Positions 26,753 to 37,005 are shown, counted from the stretch's first letter. The stretch is DNA of 61,725 nucleotides from an uncultured Eubacteriales bacterium (GCA_934636325.1 CAKUAK010000033.1:1-61725); one strand, 5' to 3'. Made by a program: numbers and translations. Notes: generated by a model not told the origin, from the sequence alone.

Positions 26753-27682
26753 TCAGTCAAATCTTTCTTCAAGAAGCTGCGGGCGGCCGCGGAAGCAGTC
26801 GGCAGCCGGCATGCGCTTCTTGCCGTTGAGCTGTACCTCTCTTATAAGAACGACGCCATCCTTTGCCTGAACGGCAAGCCCCTTTTTATCGCAGCCTATG
26901 ATCTCCCCCGGACCCCGTGAAACGGCAGCATCCCCTTTTACTGCCGAAAACAGCTTGATCCGCTCTCCGCCGAGAAACGCGAAAGCGCCCGGCGCTGGAT
27001 CGTATCCGCGTATATGACATGCGCAGGCGGCGGCATCCCATTCAAAGGATATCCGCGCATCCTCGGTCTTTATTATATGCGCATAGGTCGACAGGCTGTC
27101 GTCCTGCGGCGTATAAATGGCATTGCCGCTCTCGATCAGGTCGAGGGCCTCTAAAAGCAGCTGTCCGCCGACCGGCGCGAGCTTATCGTGCAGGCTGGCA
27201 TAGCTGTCGTCGGGCAGGATATCGACAGCGCGGGATATCAGCATATCGCCGGTGTCTATGCCCTTCGCCATCTTCATGATGGTGACGCCGGTCTGGCTTT
27301 CGCCCTCTATTATGGCAGCGTTTATCGGGCTCGCGCCGCGGTATTTGGGCAGCAGCGACGCATGGACGTTTATACAGCCGTACCGGGGCAGCTCAAGTAT
27401 ACTTTTCGGAAGGAACATCCCGTAAGCCGCAACGATAATGATATCTGGCTGTATGGACGCAAGGATATCGTATACCTCCTGCGAGCGCAGGGTCGAGGGC
27501 TGATATACCGGGATATCTTCCGCCAGAGCCGTTATCTTTACCGGCGGCATGGTCATCTTCATTCCCCTGTTCTTGGGGGTATCGGCCCTTGTGAAAACGG
27601 CGCAGACCTCATGCCGGCTGCCCAGAAGGGCCTTTAAAGAGGCGTCGGCAAAATCCGGCGTTCCCATAAAGACTGTTCTCAT
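26753..27682 (-). CDS. fmt: methionyl-tRNA formyltransferase
   Basis: MRTVFMGTPDFA and HASLLPKYRGASPI motifs. Confidence 0.95.
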   Translation of the reverse strand: MRTVFMGTPDFADASLKALLGSRHEVCAVFTRADTPKNRGMKMTMPPVKITALAEDIPVYQPSTLRSQEVYDILASIQPDIIIVAAYGMFLPKSILELPRYGCINVHASLLPKYRGASPINAAIIEGESQTGVTIMKMAKGIDTGDMLISRAVDILPDDSYASLHDKLAPVGGQLLLEALDLIESGNAIYTPQDDSLSTYAHIIKTEDARISFEWDAAACACHIRGYDPAPGAFAFLGGERIKLFSAVKGDAAVSRGPGEIIGCDKKGLAVQAKDGVVLIREVQLNGKKRMPAADCFRGRPQLLEERFD

Positions 27683-27684
27683 TA

Positions 27685-28170
27685 TCAGTTTTCCTCACCG
27701 TCGGAATAATACTCTTCGGGATCTATATATTCGCTTACCAGCTCGGTGAAAAGATGGCCGCTGAGATGGTCGATCTCGTGGCAGAAGGCCCTTGCCGTGA
27801 AGCCCTCGGCCTCGTATGTGAAGGGTTCGCCGTTGCGGTCCTGCGCCGTGATCTTGACCTTATTGGGGCGCATGACGATGCCGAATCTGCCGGGAACGCT
27901 GAGACAGCCCTCGGGGCCCTCCTGCATGCCGCTGGCCTCGACGATGGTGGGGTTGACGATCTCGAGGTAACTGCCGTCCTCAAGTACAACGATGGCGCAG
28001 GCGCGCAGCACGCCGACCTGAGGCGCGGCAAGACCGGCGCCGTCGGCCTTTCTGAGGGTATCCTTCATATCGTCAAGCAGCTGATGGAGACGGGGGTTGA
28101 AATCGGTCACCTTGCGGCACTGCTTTGCAAGGACCTCGTCGCCCTCCTGAACAATGTTTCTTATTGCCAT
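27685..28170 (-). CDS. def: peptide deformylase
   Basis: GAGLAAPQ, EGCLSVPG and HEIDHL motifs. ATG at 28170 follows GGAGG. The track ORF adds 10 codons. Confidence 0.93.
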   Translation of the reverse strand: MAIRNIVQEGDEVLAKQCRKVTDFNPRLHQLLDDMKDTLRKADGAGLAAPQVGVLRACAIVVLEDGSYLEIVNPTIVEASGMQEGPEGCLSVPGRFGIVMRPNKVKITAQDRNGEPFTYEAEGFTARAFCHEIDHLSGHLFTELVSEYIDPEEYYSDGEEN

Positions 28171-28183
28171 TTTGGTATTCCTC

Positions 28184-30646
28184 CTAATAATATAAAGCAT
28201 TGATATCGGCAGCGGCCGTCACTCCGCGCGTCTGCGCCTGTGACCCGAGCCATATAAGTATATCGGAAAGAAGCCGGCGCACCCGCTTCCCGGCATGTCC
28301 TTTAAACGAGACAACATACCGGTATTTGCCGTTGAGCCTGGCAAGCGACGCCGGCGCGGGCCCCAGCACCGGGGCTGCTATATCGGAAAAACTGCCCCTG
28401 AATGCGGCCTTTACCGCCCCGGCGGCCGCTTCGCCCGCCTGACGGGCGCGTTCTTCGTCCTCCGAGGTGAGAAAGATCGAACATATATCAAAGAACGGAG
28501 GGGCTTTTATAAGCTCCCGTATCTCGATCTCATAGTTATAAAATGCGTTATAGTCCTGCCGCGACGCGGCCTCTATGACCGGATTGGCCGGCGAAAAGCT
28601 CTGTATGACCGCCCTTCCCGGCTTGTCGCGCCGCCCGGCGCGCCCCACTACCTGCGATATGAGCGAAAAGCTGTGCTCCCCGGCCAGATAATTTCCCATA
28701 TTCAGCGAGGCATCAGCGTCGATGACCCCGACAAGGGTCACGTTGGGGAAATCCAGCCCCTTGGCCACCATCTGTGTGCCGAGAAGTATGTCGGCCTTAT
28801 CCTGCCCGAACATATCGAGCAGCTCTTCGTGCGAGCGCCGCCCGGTCGTCGTGTCGGCGTCCATGCGCAGCACCCTCGCCTCCGGGAAAAGGTCGGCCAG
28901 CTCTTCTTCGATCTTCTGCGTGCCGCAGCCGACCAGCTTGATGTGGCTGCCGCCGCATTCGGGACATTCGGTCATCAGCGGTATCGAATATCCGCAATGG
29001 TGACACATCAGCCTTCCGTTGGCCGAATGATAGGTCAGCGCAACGCTGCAATTCTCGCACTGCGGCACATAACCGCAGTCGGCACAGACGGCCATCCGCG
29101 CGTTTCCGCGGCGGTTGATGAAAAGGATCGTCTGTTCCCCCCGGCGCAGATTTTTTGCCATCTCCTCGCGAAGCACTGGGCCTATCGATCCGCCGTCGCC
29201 GTTTTTAAGGGTCTCCCGCATATTGGCGACGATGGTTTCCGGCAGTCCCGCATCGTTGAAGCGGCTGTCCAATGTGAAGAGGCGGTATTTCCCGTGCAGC
29301 GCGTTATAATAGCTCTCTACACTTGGTGTAGCCGAGCCGAGAAGCAGCAAACAGCCGCTTTTGACGCACCTGTATTTTGCCACATCGGCGGCATTATATC
29401 TCGGCGCGGTCTCCGAGCGGTAAGACCCCTCGTGTTCCTCGTCGAGTATGATGATCCCAAGATCCCTGCACGGCGCGAACACGGCGCTGCGCGTCCCGAC
29501 AACGACCCTGGCCCGGCCGGTTTTGATGCGCATATATTCATCATAGCGCTCAGCCGAGGTCAGCCCACTGTGGATGACGGCCACCATATCGCCGAAATGA
29601 CCTTTGAAGCCCCGGACCATCTGCGGCGTCAGCGATATCTCGGGCACCAGCATCATTGCCGACCGGCCCCGTGATATGACATCCCGGATGAGCTCTATAT
29701 ATATGGCCGTTTTGCCGCTTCCGGTCACGCCGTGAAGCAGAGCGCAGCCGGCGCCCGAGCGGCACATTTCGGCAAGCCCATCGAAGATCTCCTTCTGCCT
29801 GTCCGAAAGACTGAAGGGCTCTGACATGGCCTCTTCATCCCCGCGGACGGCATATCTCGGCATCATGTCGCTGTGGGCAAATCCGTGGGTGACAAGATAT
29901 GTCATATCCCCCGGCGTCGCCCCGGTCTGGTATCTCAGCTCTTCCTCGGGCATACTGCCGCGGTCAAGCAGAAGAGCCAGCGCCTCCCGCCTCCGGGCAT
30001 CGACGGCCTCTGTTCTTGAAAGCCTGCCTTCGGGCATGGATGCCACATCGGGTGTTACCATTTTTATACGTCTGCGGTCACTCTCTTCGAGCTGGTGCTC
30101 TACCGAGACCCAGCCCTCCCTTTCGAGGGCCGACAGATCCTTCAAAAGGCCTTTGATGCCGCATTTTTTCTCGAGCGCCGAAAGGGTCAGCCCCTCTTCG
30201 GACTGGGCCAATGCCGAAATGACCGACGCGAGATGCGGATCGACAGGCAGCGGACGGTCGGCATCGGGCGATATCGACAGGCGATATTTATCGGGCGACC
30301 TGCTCCATATGCCCGGCGGCAGCATGGCGGCCGCACATTCGAAAAAAGTGCAGAAACAGCGTGATCTCATCCAGAGCGCAAGCTCTATATCGGCCTTTGA
30401 CAGCGCGACGTCCCCGCTGTAAAGGTGGACGATGTGCTTGAGCCGCGGCGGGATGCTGCCACCATCGGATGCCGACACCGAGAGCACAAAGCCCTCGGTC
30501 AGCTTGTTTCCCTTCCCGAAGGGCACAAGGACCCTTCGCCCCGGGGCGATATTCTCCATCCCGGCCGATACGATATAATCAAACGGCTTGTCTATACTGT
30601 ATACGGCCGCCGAGACGGCTATCTTTGCTGTCTTAACTTCAGGCAA
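28184..30646 (-). CDS. priA: primosomal replication restart helicase PriA
   Basis: [12 protein letters not shown] and a Cys-rich zinc region (CADCGY..CENCS..CHHCG..CPECG). TTG start at 30646 is preceded by AGGAGG. Confidence 0.95.
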   Translation of the reverse strand: MPEVKTAKIAVSAAVYSIDKPFDYIVSAGMENIAPGRRVLVPFGKGNKLTEGFVLSVSASDGGSIPPRLKHIVHLYSGDVALSKADIELALWMRSRCFCTFFECAAAMLPPGIWSRSPDKYRLSISPDADRPLPVDPHLASVISALAQSEEGLTLSALEKKCGIKGLLKDLSALEREGWVSVEHQLEESDRRRIKMVTPDVASMPEGRLSRTEAVDARRREALALLLDRGSMPEEELRYQTGATPGDMTYLVTHGFAHSDMMPRYAVRGDEEAMSEPFSLSDRQKEIFDGLAEMCRSGAGCALLHGVTGSGKTAIYIELIRDVISRGRSAMMLVPEISLTPQMVRGFKGHFGDMVAVIHSGLTSAERYDEYMRIKTGRARVVVGTRSAVFAPCRDLGIIILDEEHEGSYRSETAPRYNAADVAKYRCVKSGCLLLLGSATPSVESYYNALHGKYRLFTLDSRFNDAGLPETIVANMRETLKNGDGGSIGPVLREEMAKNLRRGEQTILFINRRGNARMAVCADCGYVPQCENCSVALTYHSANGRLMCHHCGYSIPLMTECPECGGSHIKLVGCGTQKIEEELADLFPEARVLRMDADTTTGRRSHEELLDMFGQDKADILLGTQMVAKGLDFPNVTLVGVIDADASLNMGNYLAGEHSFSLISQVVGRAGRRDKPGRAVIQSFSPANPVIEAASRQDYNAFYNYEIEIRELIKAPPFFDICSIFLTSEDEERARQAGEAAAGAVKAAFRGSFSDIAAPVLGPAPASLARLNGKYRYVVSFKGHAGKRVRRLLSDILIWLGSQAQTRGVTAAADINALYY

Positions 30647-30730
30647 AAAGCCGCCCCTCCTTTTGTTCTCTTATGGTCGGGAAAAAGGGCAGATCTGTCT
30701 CAAACCTGCCCATACGCCGGTATCCCGGAA

Positions 30731-30982
30731 CTATTCCTGTTCCTCGGCGTTCTCGATATTCTCCTCGGTCGTCTCTTCCTCGGCCGGATGCTCGACGGGG
30801 ACGATCTTCCCGCTCATGATATCGTCGAGAGCCAGCGAGACCGGCTTCTCTTCAGCCACCATCTCGGGATCGTTCTCTGCCTGCTCGGCAATATCCCTGG
30901 CCCTTTTGGCGGCGACATTTACAAGCGAATATCTGTTGGGCACCTTTTTAAGAAGGTCGCTCAAAGAAGGATAAAGCATCAT
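30731..30982 (-). CDS. rpoZ: DNA-directed RNA polymerase subunit omega
   Basis: PSLSDLLKKVPNRYSLVNVAAKRARDI is the typical omega N-terminus. It follows gmk, as in most Firmicutes. Confidence 0.9.
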   Translation of the reverse strand: MMLYPSLSDLLKKVPNRYSLVNVAAKRARDIAEQAENDPEMVAEEKPVSLALDDIMSGKIVPVEHPAEEETTEENIENAEEQE

Positions 30983-31019
30983 AATATTGTATCTCCTTTA
31001 TGATAGATAAATCAAAGAT

Positions 31020-31616
31020 CTAAACCAGTTTTATTTGGTTCTTGCTGCTGCGGCACCTTTCCGCCGTTATGATGGCCGAAAGGTCGCGCACCGCATCATC
31101 AAGAAGGTCATTGACGACGATGAAATCATAGTCGTCCATATGGGCGCACTCTGCCCTGGCCTTTTGCAGGCGTTTCTCAACGACCTCTTCGGCCTCGGTG
31201 CCGCGGTTGCGCAGACGGCGCTCGAGAATGTCAAAGGAAGGCGGAACGATAAAAACAAGAACGGCGTCAGGGCGTTTTTCCTTTACGATCAGCGCGCCCT
31301 GCACCTCTATTTCGAGGATAACATCCTGTCCGTCCTCGAGCCTGCGATTGACAGGCCCCTCCGGAGTGCCGTAGCAGTTGCCGACATACTTGGCATGCTC
31401 GAGCAGCTCTCCCCGCTCGACCATCTCGTCGAAACGCTCTCTTGAAATGAAATAATAATTGACTCCGTCCTCTTCGCCGGGGCGGGGCTTTCTTGTCGTT
31501 GCCGAGACCGAAAGAAAGACATTTTCAAGCGACGGAAGGACTCGCGAAAGCACCGACCCCTTTCCTGCGCCCGAAGGCCCGGTAATAATAAAAAGGCTTC
31601 CCTTTCTCTTATTCAT
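31020..31616 (-). CDS. gmk: guanylate kinase
   Basis: [10 protein letters not shown]-loop with TTRKPRPGE and YYF motifs. ATG at 31616 overlaps the remA stop (ATGAATAA). Confidence 0.93.
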   Translation of the reverse strand: MNKRKGSLFIITGPSGAGKGSVLSRVLPSLENVFLSVSATTRKPRPGEEDGVNYYFISRERFDEMVERGELLEHAKYVGNCYGTPEGPVNRRLEDGQDVILEIEVQGALIVKEKRPDAVLVFIVPPSFDILERRLRNRGTEAEEVVEKRLQKARAECAHMDDYDFIVVNDLLDDAVRDLSAIITAERCRSSKNQIKLV

Positions 31617-31875
31617 CGTCGTCCTCCTCATCGTCTTCATCGTCATAGCTCAGCCTGTTTGCGACCGTTTCCGGCTGAAGTGGAGACAGGATAACATGCT
31701 CTGAGTCGATTATCAGCACCGCGCGGCTGCGGCGGCCGTAGGTCGCGTCGATCAGCATATCCTTTTCCTTGGCCTTTTGGATAACACGTTTTATCGGCGC
31801 CGACTCGGGACTCACTATCGCAACGATGCGGCTTGCCGAAACCATATTGCCGAAACCAATGTTTATCAGCTTCAA
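31609..31875 (-). CDS. remA: RemA (DUF370) family extracellular-matrix/biofilm regulator
   Basis: [30 protein letters not shown]...ATYGRR is near-canonical RemA. It carries an unusual acidic tail, [13 protein letters not shown]. Confidence 0.9.
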   Translation of the reverse strand: MKLINIGFGNMVSASRIVAIVSPESAPIKRVIQKAKEKDMLIDATYGRRSRAVLIIDSEHVILSPLQPETVANRLSYDDEDDEEDDDE

Positions 31876-31893
31876 AATAAACAGCCCCTTTTC

Positions 31894-32790
31894 CTATTCG
31901 AGATTCTGGATCTGTTCCCTTATCTTCTCTATCTCGGCCTTGAGCTCGACAACTGTATGGGCGATATCGTAATCGTTGGCTTTAGAGCCTATGGTATTGG
32001 CCTCGCGATTCATCTCCTGAACAAGGAAATCGAGCTTGCGGCCGACCGGCACCTTGCCCGTGACCATGCTCTCGAACTGTTTTATATGGCTGCGGAGCCT
32101 TACTATCTCTTCGGTTACAGAGACCTTATCGGCAAAAAGGGCGGCCTCTGAAAGTATCCTCTGCTGTGCGATCTCGGTATCGTCAAGAAGCTCTGTCATC
32201 CTGGCGGCGATCCTCTCGCGGTATTCGGCGACGCTGTCGGGCGAGCGCTTTTCAACGTGATCGACATATTCGAGGATCAACCTGCCGCGTCCCAGTATAT
32301 CTTCACAAAGGCGCGCCCCCTCCGTGCTGCGCATGGCGTCATATTCGGCCAGCGCCTGCGAAAGGGCCTCTGATACCTGGGCCGAAATGACCTCGGCGTC
32401 GGCCTCTTCCTTATCGGCGGCTATGGCATCGGGAAGGCGGATGACGTCGGACAGCTTGAGATCGTCCATCGAAAGCCCGAAGCGATCGGATATATCTTTG
32501 GCGGCCTTGAGATATCCCTCAACAACAGGCATATTGGGGGAAATACGGACGTCGCTTCCCTCTTTTTCCTTTATGGAAACATAAATATCGGTCTTGCCGC
32601 GCACAAGAACGCTCTGCACGGTCTTTTTGACCATATCCTCAAGATAGGCGTAAAGCCTTGGGACCTTTATATTAAGATCAAGATACCTGTGGTTGACAGA
32701 GCGGATCTCGACATTGATCTCCCTCTGGTCGTTTTCCAGCTTGGCACGTCCATATCCAGTCATGCTTTTAAGCAAAGGTAAACACCCCAT
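31894..32790 (-). CDS. yicC: YicC/YloC family stress-induced protein (putative endoribonuclease)
   Basis: SMTGYGRA N-terminus and C-terminal DUF1732-like EMNREANTIGSKA. The start is uncertain (ATG at 32790 or 32763; neither has a clear SD). Confidence 0.88.
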   Translation of the reverse strand: MGCLPLLKSMTGYGRAKLENDQREINVEIRSVNHRYLDLNIKVPRLYAYLEDMVKKTVQSVLVRGKTDIYVSIKEKEGSDVRISPNMPVVEGYLKAAKDISDRFGLSMDDLKLSDVIRLPDAIAADKEEADAEVISAQVSEALSQALAEYDAMRSTEGARLCEDILGRGRLILEYVDHVEKRSPDSVAEYRERIAARMTELLDDTEIAQQRILSEAALFADKVSVTEEIVRLRSHIKQFESMVTGKVPVGRKLDFLVQEMNREANTIGSKANDYDIAHTVVELKAEIEKIREQIQNLE

Positions 32791-32846
32791 TATATTTTAT
32801 TTCATACCCCGGCGGAGGCTCCACCCGAGATTTTGAATCATATTTC

Positions 32847-32875
32847 ATTATACCACAACAGCCTTTGGCCGTAAA
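32847..32875 (-). promoter_or_regulatory. sigma-A type promoter for yicC-remA-gmk-rpoZ
   Basis: Minus strand: TTTACG (32870-32875), 17 nt, TGgTATAAT (extended -10; TATAAT at 32847-32852). Confidence 0.5.
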
Positions 32876-32882
32876 GCACGGT

Positions 32883-33287
32883 TTAATCCAAAATATCGCT
32901 TATAGAGCTTTTCAGGCTGCCGCTGGCCGACGCACGCCTGGAATAGACGGCCGAAATACCGACGCCGAGAGCCAGGCCCAGAAGAGAGCAGAGGATCTTT
33001 ATGCCCTCGCCGCCCGACGGCACGAAATAAAAAACAAACATAAGGATGACCGGCAGTATATAGACGACCGAGGCCGACCGATAGACCCTTCCCGTCGACG
33101 CAGTTATCCTCACCCTGTCGCCCGGCTTTGCGCCGACTGGATCACTTACCGTCACCTCAAGTGTCTGCTGCGGATGTGCGCAGCCCTTGCAGCTCGAGCA
33201 GTCGCCGCCGCAGGACGACTGCCTTACTATCTCTACCACAGCGTCTCCGCCGGGAGTTTTGCGGAGCACCGTACCCTCCTGTGTCAT
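32883..33287 (-). CDS. RseC/MucC family (SoxR-reducing system) membrane protein
   Basis: N-terminal Cys cluster (SCGGDCSSCKGCA) followed by two TM helices. Overlaps the upstream flavoprotein stop by 4 nt. Confidence 0.8.
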   Translation of the reverse strand: MTQEGTVLRKTPGGDAVVEIVRQSSCGGDCSSCKGCAHPQQTLEVTVSDPVGAKPGDRVRITASTGRVYRSASVVYILPVILMFVFYFVPSGGEGIKILCSLLGLALGVGISAVYSRRASASGSLKSSISDILD

Positions 33288-34885
33288 ATTCCCTCCACCG
33301 GAGCATAAAGCTCCATTATCCTTTCCGCCGCGCGGATGCCGTCGACCGCCGCACTGACTATCCCGCCGGCATATCCGGCGCCTTCTCCGCAGGGTATGAG
33401 CCCCTGCACGCCCGGCATCATAAGATCGCCGCCCCGCTCTATGCGAACCGGCGAAGATGTCCTTGTCTCGGGCGCAGTAAAAACGGTATCGGCGGCGTCA
33501 AAGCCGCGTATTTTCCTGCCGAAATATGGCATGGACGACCTTATCATCCGGCAGACATATTCGGGCAGTATATTATTTATATCAACAAACTCGTATCCCC
33601 GTGGATATGTCGGCTCGACGCGGCCGAGACCCTTCGATACCCTGCCCTCGGCAAAATCGCCGAAAAGCTGCACCGGGCCGATGTTCTTCCCGCCGCAGGC
33701 GGCAAACGCCGCCTGTTCTATGCTGCGCTGGAAACACATTCCGGCCAGCACATCGGACGAACCGAAATCCTCGGGCGATACCGAAACGCAGACGGCCGAA
33801 TTGGCGTTCCTGCCCGACCGCGCGTGATAGCTCATGCCATTGGTCACTATGCCGCCCTCTTCGCTGGCGGCGGCAACGACATATCCGCCGGGGCACATGC
33901 AGAAGGTATAGCACGCGCGGTCGCCGTCCCGGCGCGAGAGGACATATTCGCCGGGCGGCAGCCACTCTTTTCCGGCATATTTACCGTAAAGGGCGGCGTC
34001 GATATCGCTTTGAAGATGCTCTGCCCTGACGCCGACCGAAAAGGGTTTTGCCTTCATCGGCAGCTGCTTGCTTTTGATAAGCTCGAATACATCGCGGGCG
34101 CTGTGTCCCGTGGCCAGGACGGCGACATTTGCGGGATACCTCTCCCCGTCCTTTCCGATGACGGCCGCAAAGCGGCCCGAACGTATCTCGAGATCGGTCA
34201 TGGGCTGTGAAAACACGACTGTTCCGCCGAGAGACCGTATGCGCTCTCTTATGCTCCTGACGACCCCCTTGAGCTTATCGGTCCCGATATGGGGCTTTGC
34301 CCGGCGCAGCATATCGCCGTCGGCGCCGTATTTATGCAGGATATCAAGGACCAGCTGGCTCCTCGGGTCGTTTATCCTTGTGGTCAGCTTGCCGTCGGAA
34401 TATGTGCCGGCACCGCCCTCGCCGAACTGGACGTTCGAAGAAAGATCGAGCCGACCGCCGCCGAAAAACTCGTCGACCCGCCTGTCGCGCTCTTCGATGG
34501 GAGCTCCCTTTTCAAGCACCAGAGGCCGGTATCCGTTTTCGGCCAATATGAGGGCCGCGAAAAGCCCGGCCGGACCGAAGCCTATCACCACAGGAGGCGA
34601 ATCGAGACGGTCTGTTCCGACCGGCAGAGGCAGACAGGCTTTGGCCCTCTGCCTTACAAAAGGGAGGCCAAGCCCTTTTACAAGCCTGGCCTCGTCTGTA
34701 TCGGTATCAAGTTCAACTGAATAGACCTTTGAAAGCCTGCCGTGGCGCAGGTCAAAGGACACCTTATGTACGCTGCCCGAAAGGACGCTCGAAGGTGACA
34801 GGCGCGCCGTGCGCACAGCCTGCGCGACCGCCTCTTCGTCGCTCGACCCAAAGGGCATTACTATATTTGAAACGACAATGCTCAT
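33284..34885 (-). CDS. FAD-dependent protein (COG2509-type uncharacterised NAD(FAD) dehydrogenase)
   Basis: VIGFGPAGLFAAL dinucleotide-binding motif and C-terminal GEGAGYAGGI. 533 aa. The start overlaps the cdaR stop by 1 nt. Confidence 0.85.
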   Translation of the reverse strand: MSIVVSNIVMPFGSSDEEAVAQAVRTARLSPSSVLSGSVHKVSFDLRHGRLSKVYSVELDTDTDEARLVKGLGLPFVRQRAKACLPLPVGTDRLDSPPVVIGFGPAGLFAALILAENGYRPLVLEKGAPIEERDRRVDEFFGGGRLDLSSNVQFGEGGAGTYSDGKLTTRINDPRSQLVLDILHKYGADGDMLRRAKPHIGTDKLKGVVRSIRERIRSLGGTVVFSQPMTDLEIRSGRFAAVIGKDGERYPANVAVLATGHSARDVFELIKSKQLPMKAKPFSVGVRAEHLQSDIDAALYGKYAGKEWLPPGEYVLSRRDGDRACYTFCMCPGGYVVAAASEEGGIVTNGMSYHARSGRNANSAVCVSVSPEDFGSSDVLAGMCFQRSIEQAAFAACGGKNIGPVQLFGDFAEGRVSKGLGRVEPTYPRGYEFVDINNILPEYVCRMIRSSMPYFGRKIRGFDAADTVFTAPETRTSSPVRIERGGDLMMPGVQGLIPCGEGAGYAGGIVSAAVDGIRAAERIMELYAPVEGI

Positions 34886-36093
34886 CAGGAGACACCCACC
34901 ATTACTGAATAATCGCCAACGACGACGACCTTGCTGTCGGCCGGGGTCACCGACGCCTGTATCTCGTTAAGACCCGGCTCAAGAGAATCCTCTGAATAAG
35001 AGAGGGCGACATTAAGGCTCGATGCACCGACCGACGCCAGATTATCCTGCGTCGTCCAGACCGTTACGGTAAGATCCGATTCATATTGAAAAAGATCGTT
35101 CTGCGGCAGAGCGTCGCGGCTTATCTCGACCGTCGTCTTGACAAGCTCCTTCGGCGTTATCGTCACATGGGCCTGGGTCACGGCCGTGTCGGCCGCGATG
35201 CCGTTGGGCAGCACCACCGGAAGATCGAACTCGAAGTTCTCGTTGTCAAATACCTGTTCGAGATTGACGCTTCCGAGGTCGATGCGGTTAAGCGTAGAAA
35301 CAACGTCGGGAGAACCGCTGACCTTTATGCTCGAAGGCTCTATCGAGATATCGACAAAATCGCTCGTGATAAAGCCGAAGCTGTTGACATTGAGAACAAG
35401 GGGCACCTCGCCGACCTGCCTTACGCCGTAAGAAAGCCTGACCGACGGAGTATCGGCCGTTATAAGGCTGTTCTTGATCTCGATCCCGTTCTCGTCCACA
35501 AGGGTATATGCCAGCGTCGTCTCGGTGGTTGTCTTGACCGTAGAAACATCGAAAACAGCGACGGCGCTCTTGATGGTATCAAGCAGCTTTTCCGGGCCTC
35601 TGACCGTGATCGCGTCGGGGGTCAGCACGAAATTATCGGAGACAAAGCCGTCCTGAAGCTCGCCGCTCAGCTGAAGGTCGACCGGTATCGACTGTGATAC
35701 GACGCGGTCTACCTCGATAGAGATGGTCGGCGTGATCTTGCTTATCGTCAGATCGGAAATAGAGGATGTCACCTGATACTTGACGTCATATACCCCGGGC
35801 ACCGTTATATTGGAAAGGTCGGCCGTGACCGTAAGGCCGCCGTTTTCCGACACCATGGCTATGCGTTCACTTTTGCCGGTGACCTTAAACGAGACCGTGC
35901 TGTGGCTCCCGTCGGTTATGACAAGGTTGTTGGCCGTCAGGCTCTCTGTCCCAAGCAGGTCGACCGCAACGCGGGAATAGGTCTGGGTCATATCGGGATT
36001 CGTGCTCGATATGACGTAAAGCCAGAGCAGCACGGCGCAGGCCAGCGACAGCAGCTTGAGCATGATATCATTTTTGCGAAGCCAGTCCATCAT
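34885..36093 (-). CDS. cdaR: YbbR-domain protein (CdaA regulator CdaR)
   Basis: N-terminal TM followed by repeated YbbR-like beta modules. The 4-nt overlap with cdaA is the canonical pairing. Confidence 0.88.
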   Translation of the reverse strand: MMDWLRKNDIMLKLLSLACAVLLWLYVISSTNPDMTQTYSRVAVDLLGTESLTANNLVITDGSHSTVSFKVTGKSERIAMVSENGGLTVTADLSNITVPGVYDVKYQVTSSISDLTISKITPTISIEVDRVVSQSIPVDLQLSGELQDGFVSDNFVLTPDAITVRGPEKLLDTIKSAVAVFDVSTVKTTTETTLAYTLVDENGIEIKNSLITADTPSVRLSYGVRQVGEVPLVLNVNSFGFITSDFVDISIEPSSIKVSGSPDVVSTLNRIDLGSVNLEQVFDNENFEFDLPVVLPNGIAADTAVTQAHVTITPKELVKTTVEISRDALPQNDLFQYESDLTVTVWTTQDNLASVGASSLNVALSYSEDSLEPGLNEIQASVTPADSKVVVVGDYSVMVGVS

Positions 36094-36929
36094 TTACCCA
36101 GCACCCCCTTAAGCCAGCTGACAAAGCTACTGCCGGCCGGATGCTTCTCCGGCATGAGCTCCTGGAGCAGCATGCGTTCAAGCATCTCGGGCGCGAGATG
36201 ACGCTTCAGAAGTCCGCCCTTGGCGAAGGATATCGACCCTGTCTCTTCGGAAACGACGACACAGCAGCAGTCGCATGTCTCTGTAACGCCGATGGCCGCA
36301 CGGTGCCTCGTGCCCAGCTCTTTGCTGAGATCGAACTTGGCGGTCAGCGGCAGTATGCATCCCGCGGCCTCCAGCCTGCCGTTGGCGACGACGACGGCGC
36401 CGTCATGGAGCGGCGCGTTATGGAAGAAGATATTTTTGACCAGCTCGGAAGCGACATCGGCATTGATCGTCGTTCCGGTCGAAGCTATATGTGAAAGAGA
36501 ATCGCCGGTCTCAAAAACGATAAGAGCGCCGGTCTTTGCCCAGGCCATGGAGCTGACTGCGTCAACGATCTGCATGACCATGAGCTGCGTCGCCTCGCCG
36601 TCCTCCTTCTTTCCCCTCAAAAACCGGAAATCGGTCTTGCCGAACTGCTCGAGTATGCGGCGCAGCTCGGGCTGAAAAATAACGACCAGCGCGAATGTGC
36701 CGAGCTGCATGGCATTGAGCATGATGAAATTGACGACATGCAGGCTGAAAAGCTCGGACGCATACATGATGGCCAGTATGACAAAGATGCCCTTCAGAAG
36801 CCGCGCCGCCGCCGTATTTCTTATCAGCTTTATGAGCTTATACAGCAGGGCCGCCACGATCAGGATGTCGACTACATCCGAGATCGTGGCCAGCCGTATA
36901 TATTGTCCGAAATAATTAAATACGTTCAT
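36090..36929 (-). CDS. cdaA: diadenylate cyclase (c-di-AMP synthase), membrane-bound
   Basis: Three N-terminal TM helices and a DAC domain with DGAVVV and TRHRAAIG motifs. Confidence 0.93.
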   Translation of the reverse strand: MNVFNYFGQYIRLATISDVVDILIVAALLYKLIKLIRNTAAARLLKGIFVILAIMYASELFSLHVVNFIMLNAMQLGTFALVVIFQPELRRILEQFGKTDFRFLRGKKEDGEATQLMVMQIVDAVSSMAWAKTGALIVFETGDSLSHIASTGTTINADVASELVKNIFFHNAPLHDGAVVVANGRLEAAGCILPLTAKFDLSKELGTRHRAAIGVTETCDCCCVVVSEETGSISFAKGGLLKRHLAPEMLERMLLQELMPEKHPAGSSFVSWLKGVLGK

Positions 36930-36976
36930 CCAAACACCAGAAATCTGTTATTGAGTAATTGATATTATCCTATTTA

Positions 36977-37005
36977 ATAATAACAATTCGCATTAACATT
37001 TTCAA
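36977..37005 (-). promoter_or_regulatory. sigma-A type promoter for the cdaA operon
   Basis: Minus strand: TTGAAA (37000-37005), 17 nt, TATTAT (36977-36982). Confidence 0.5.
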
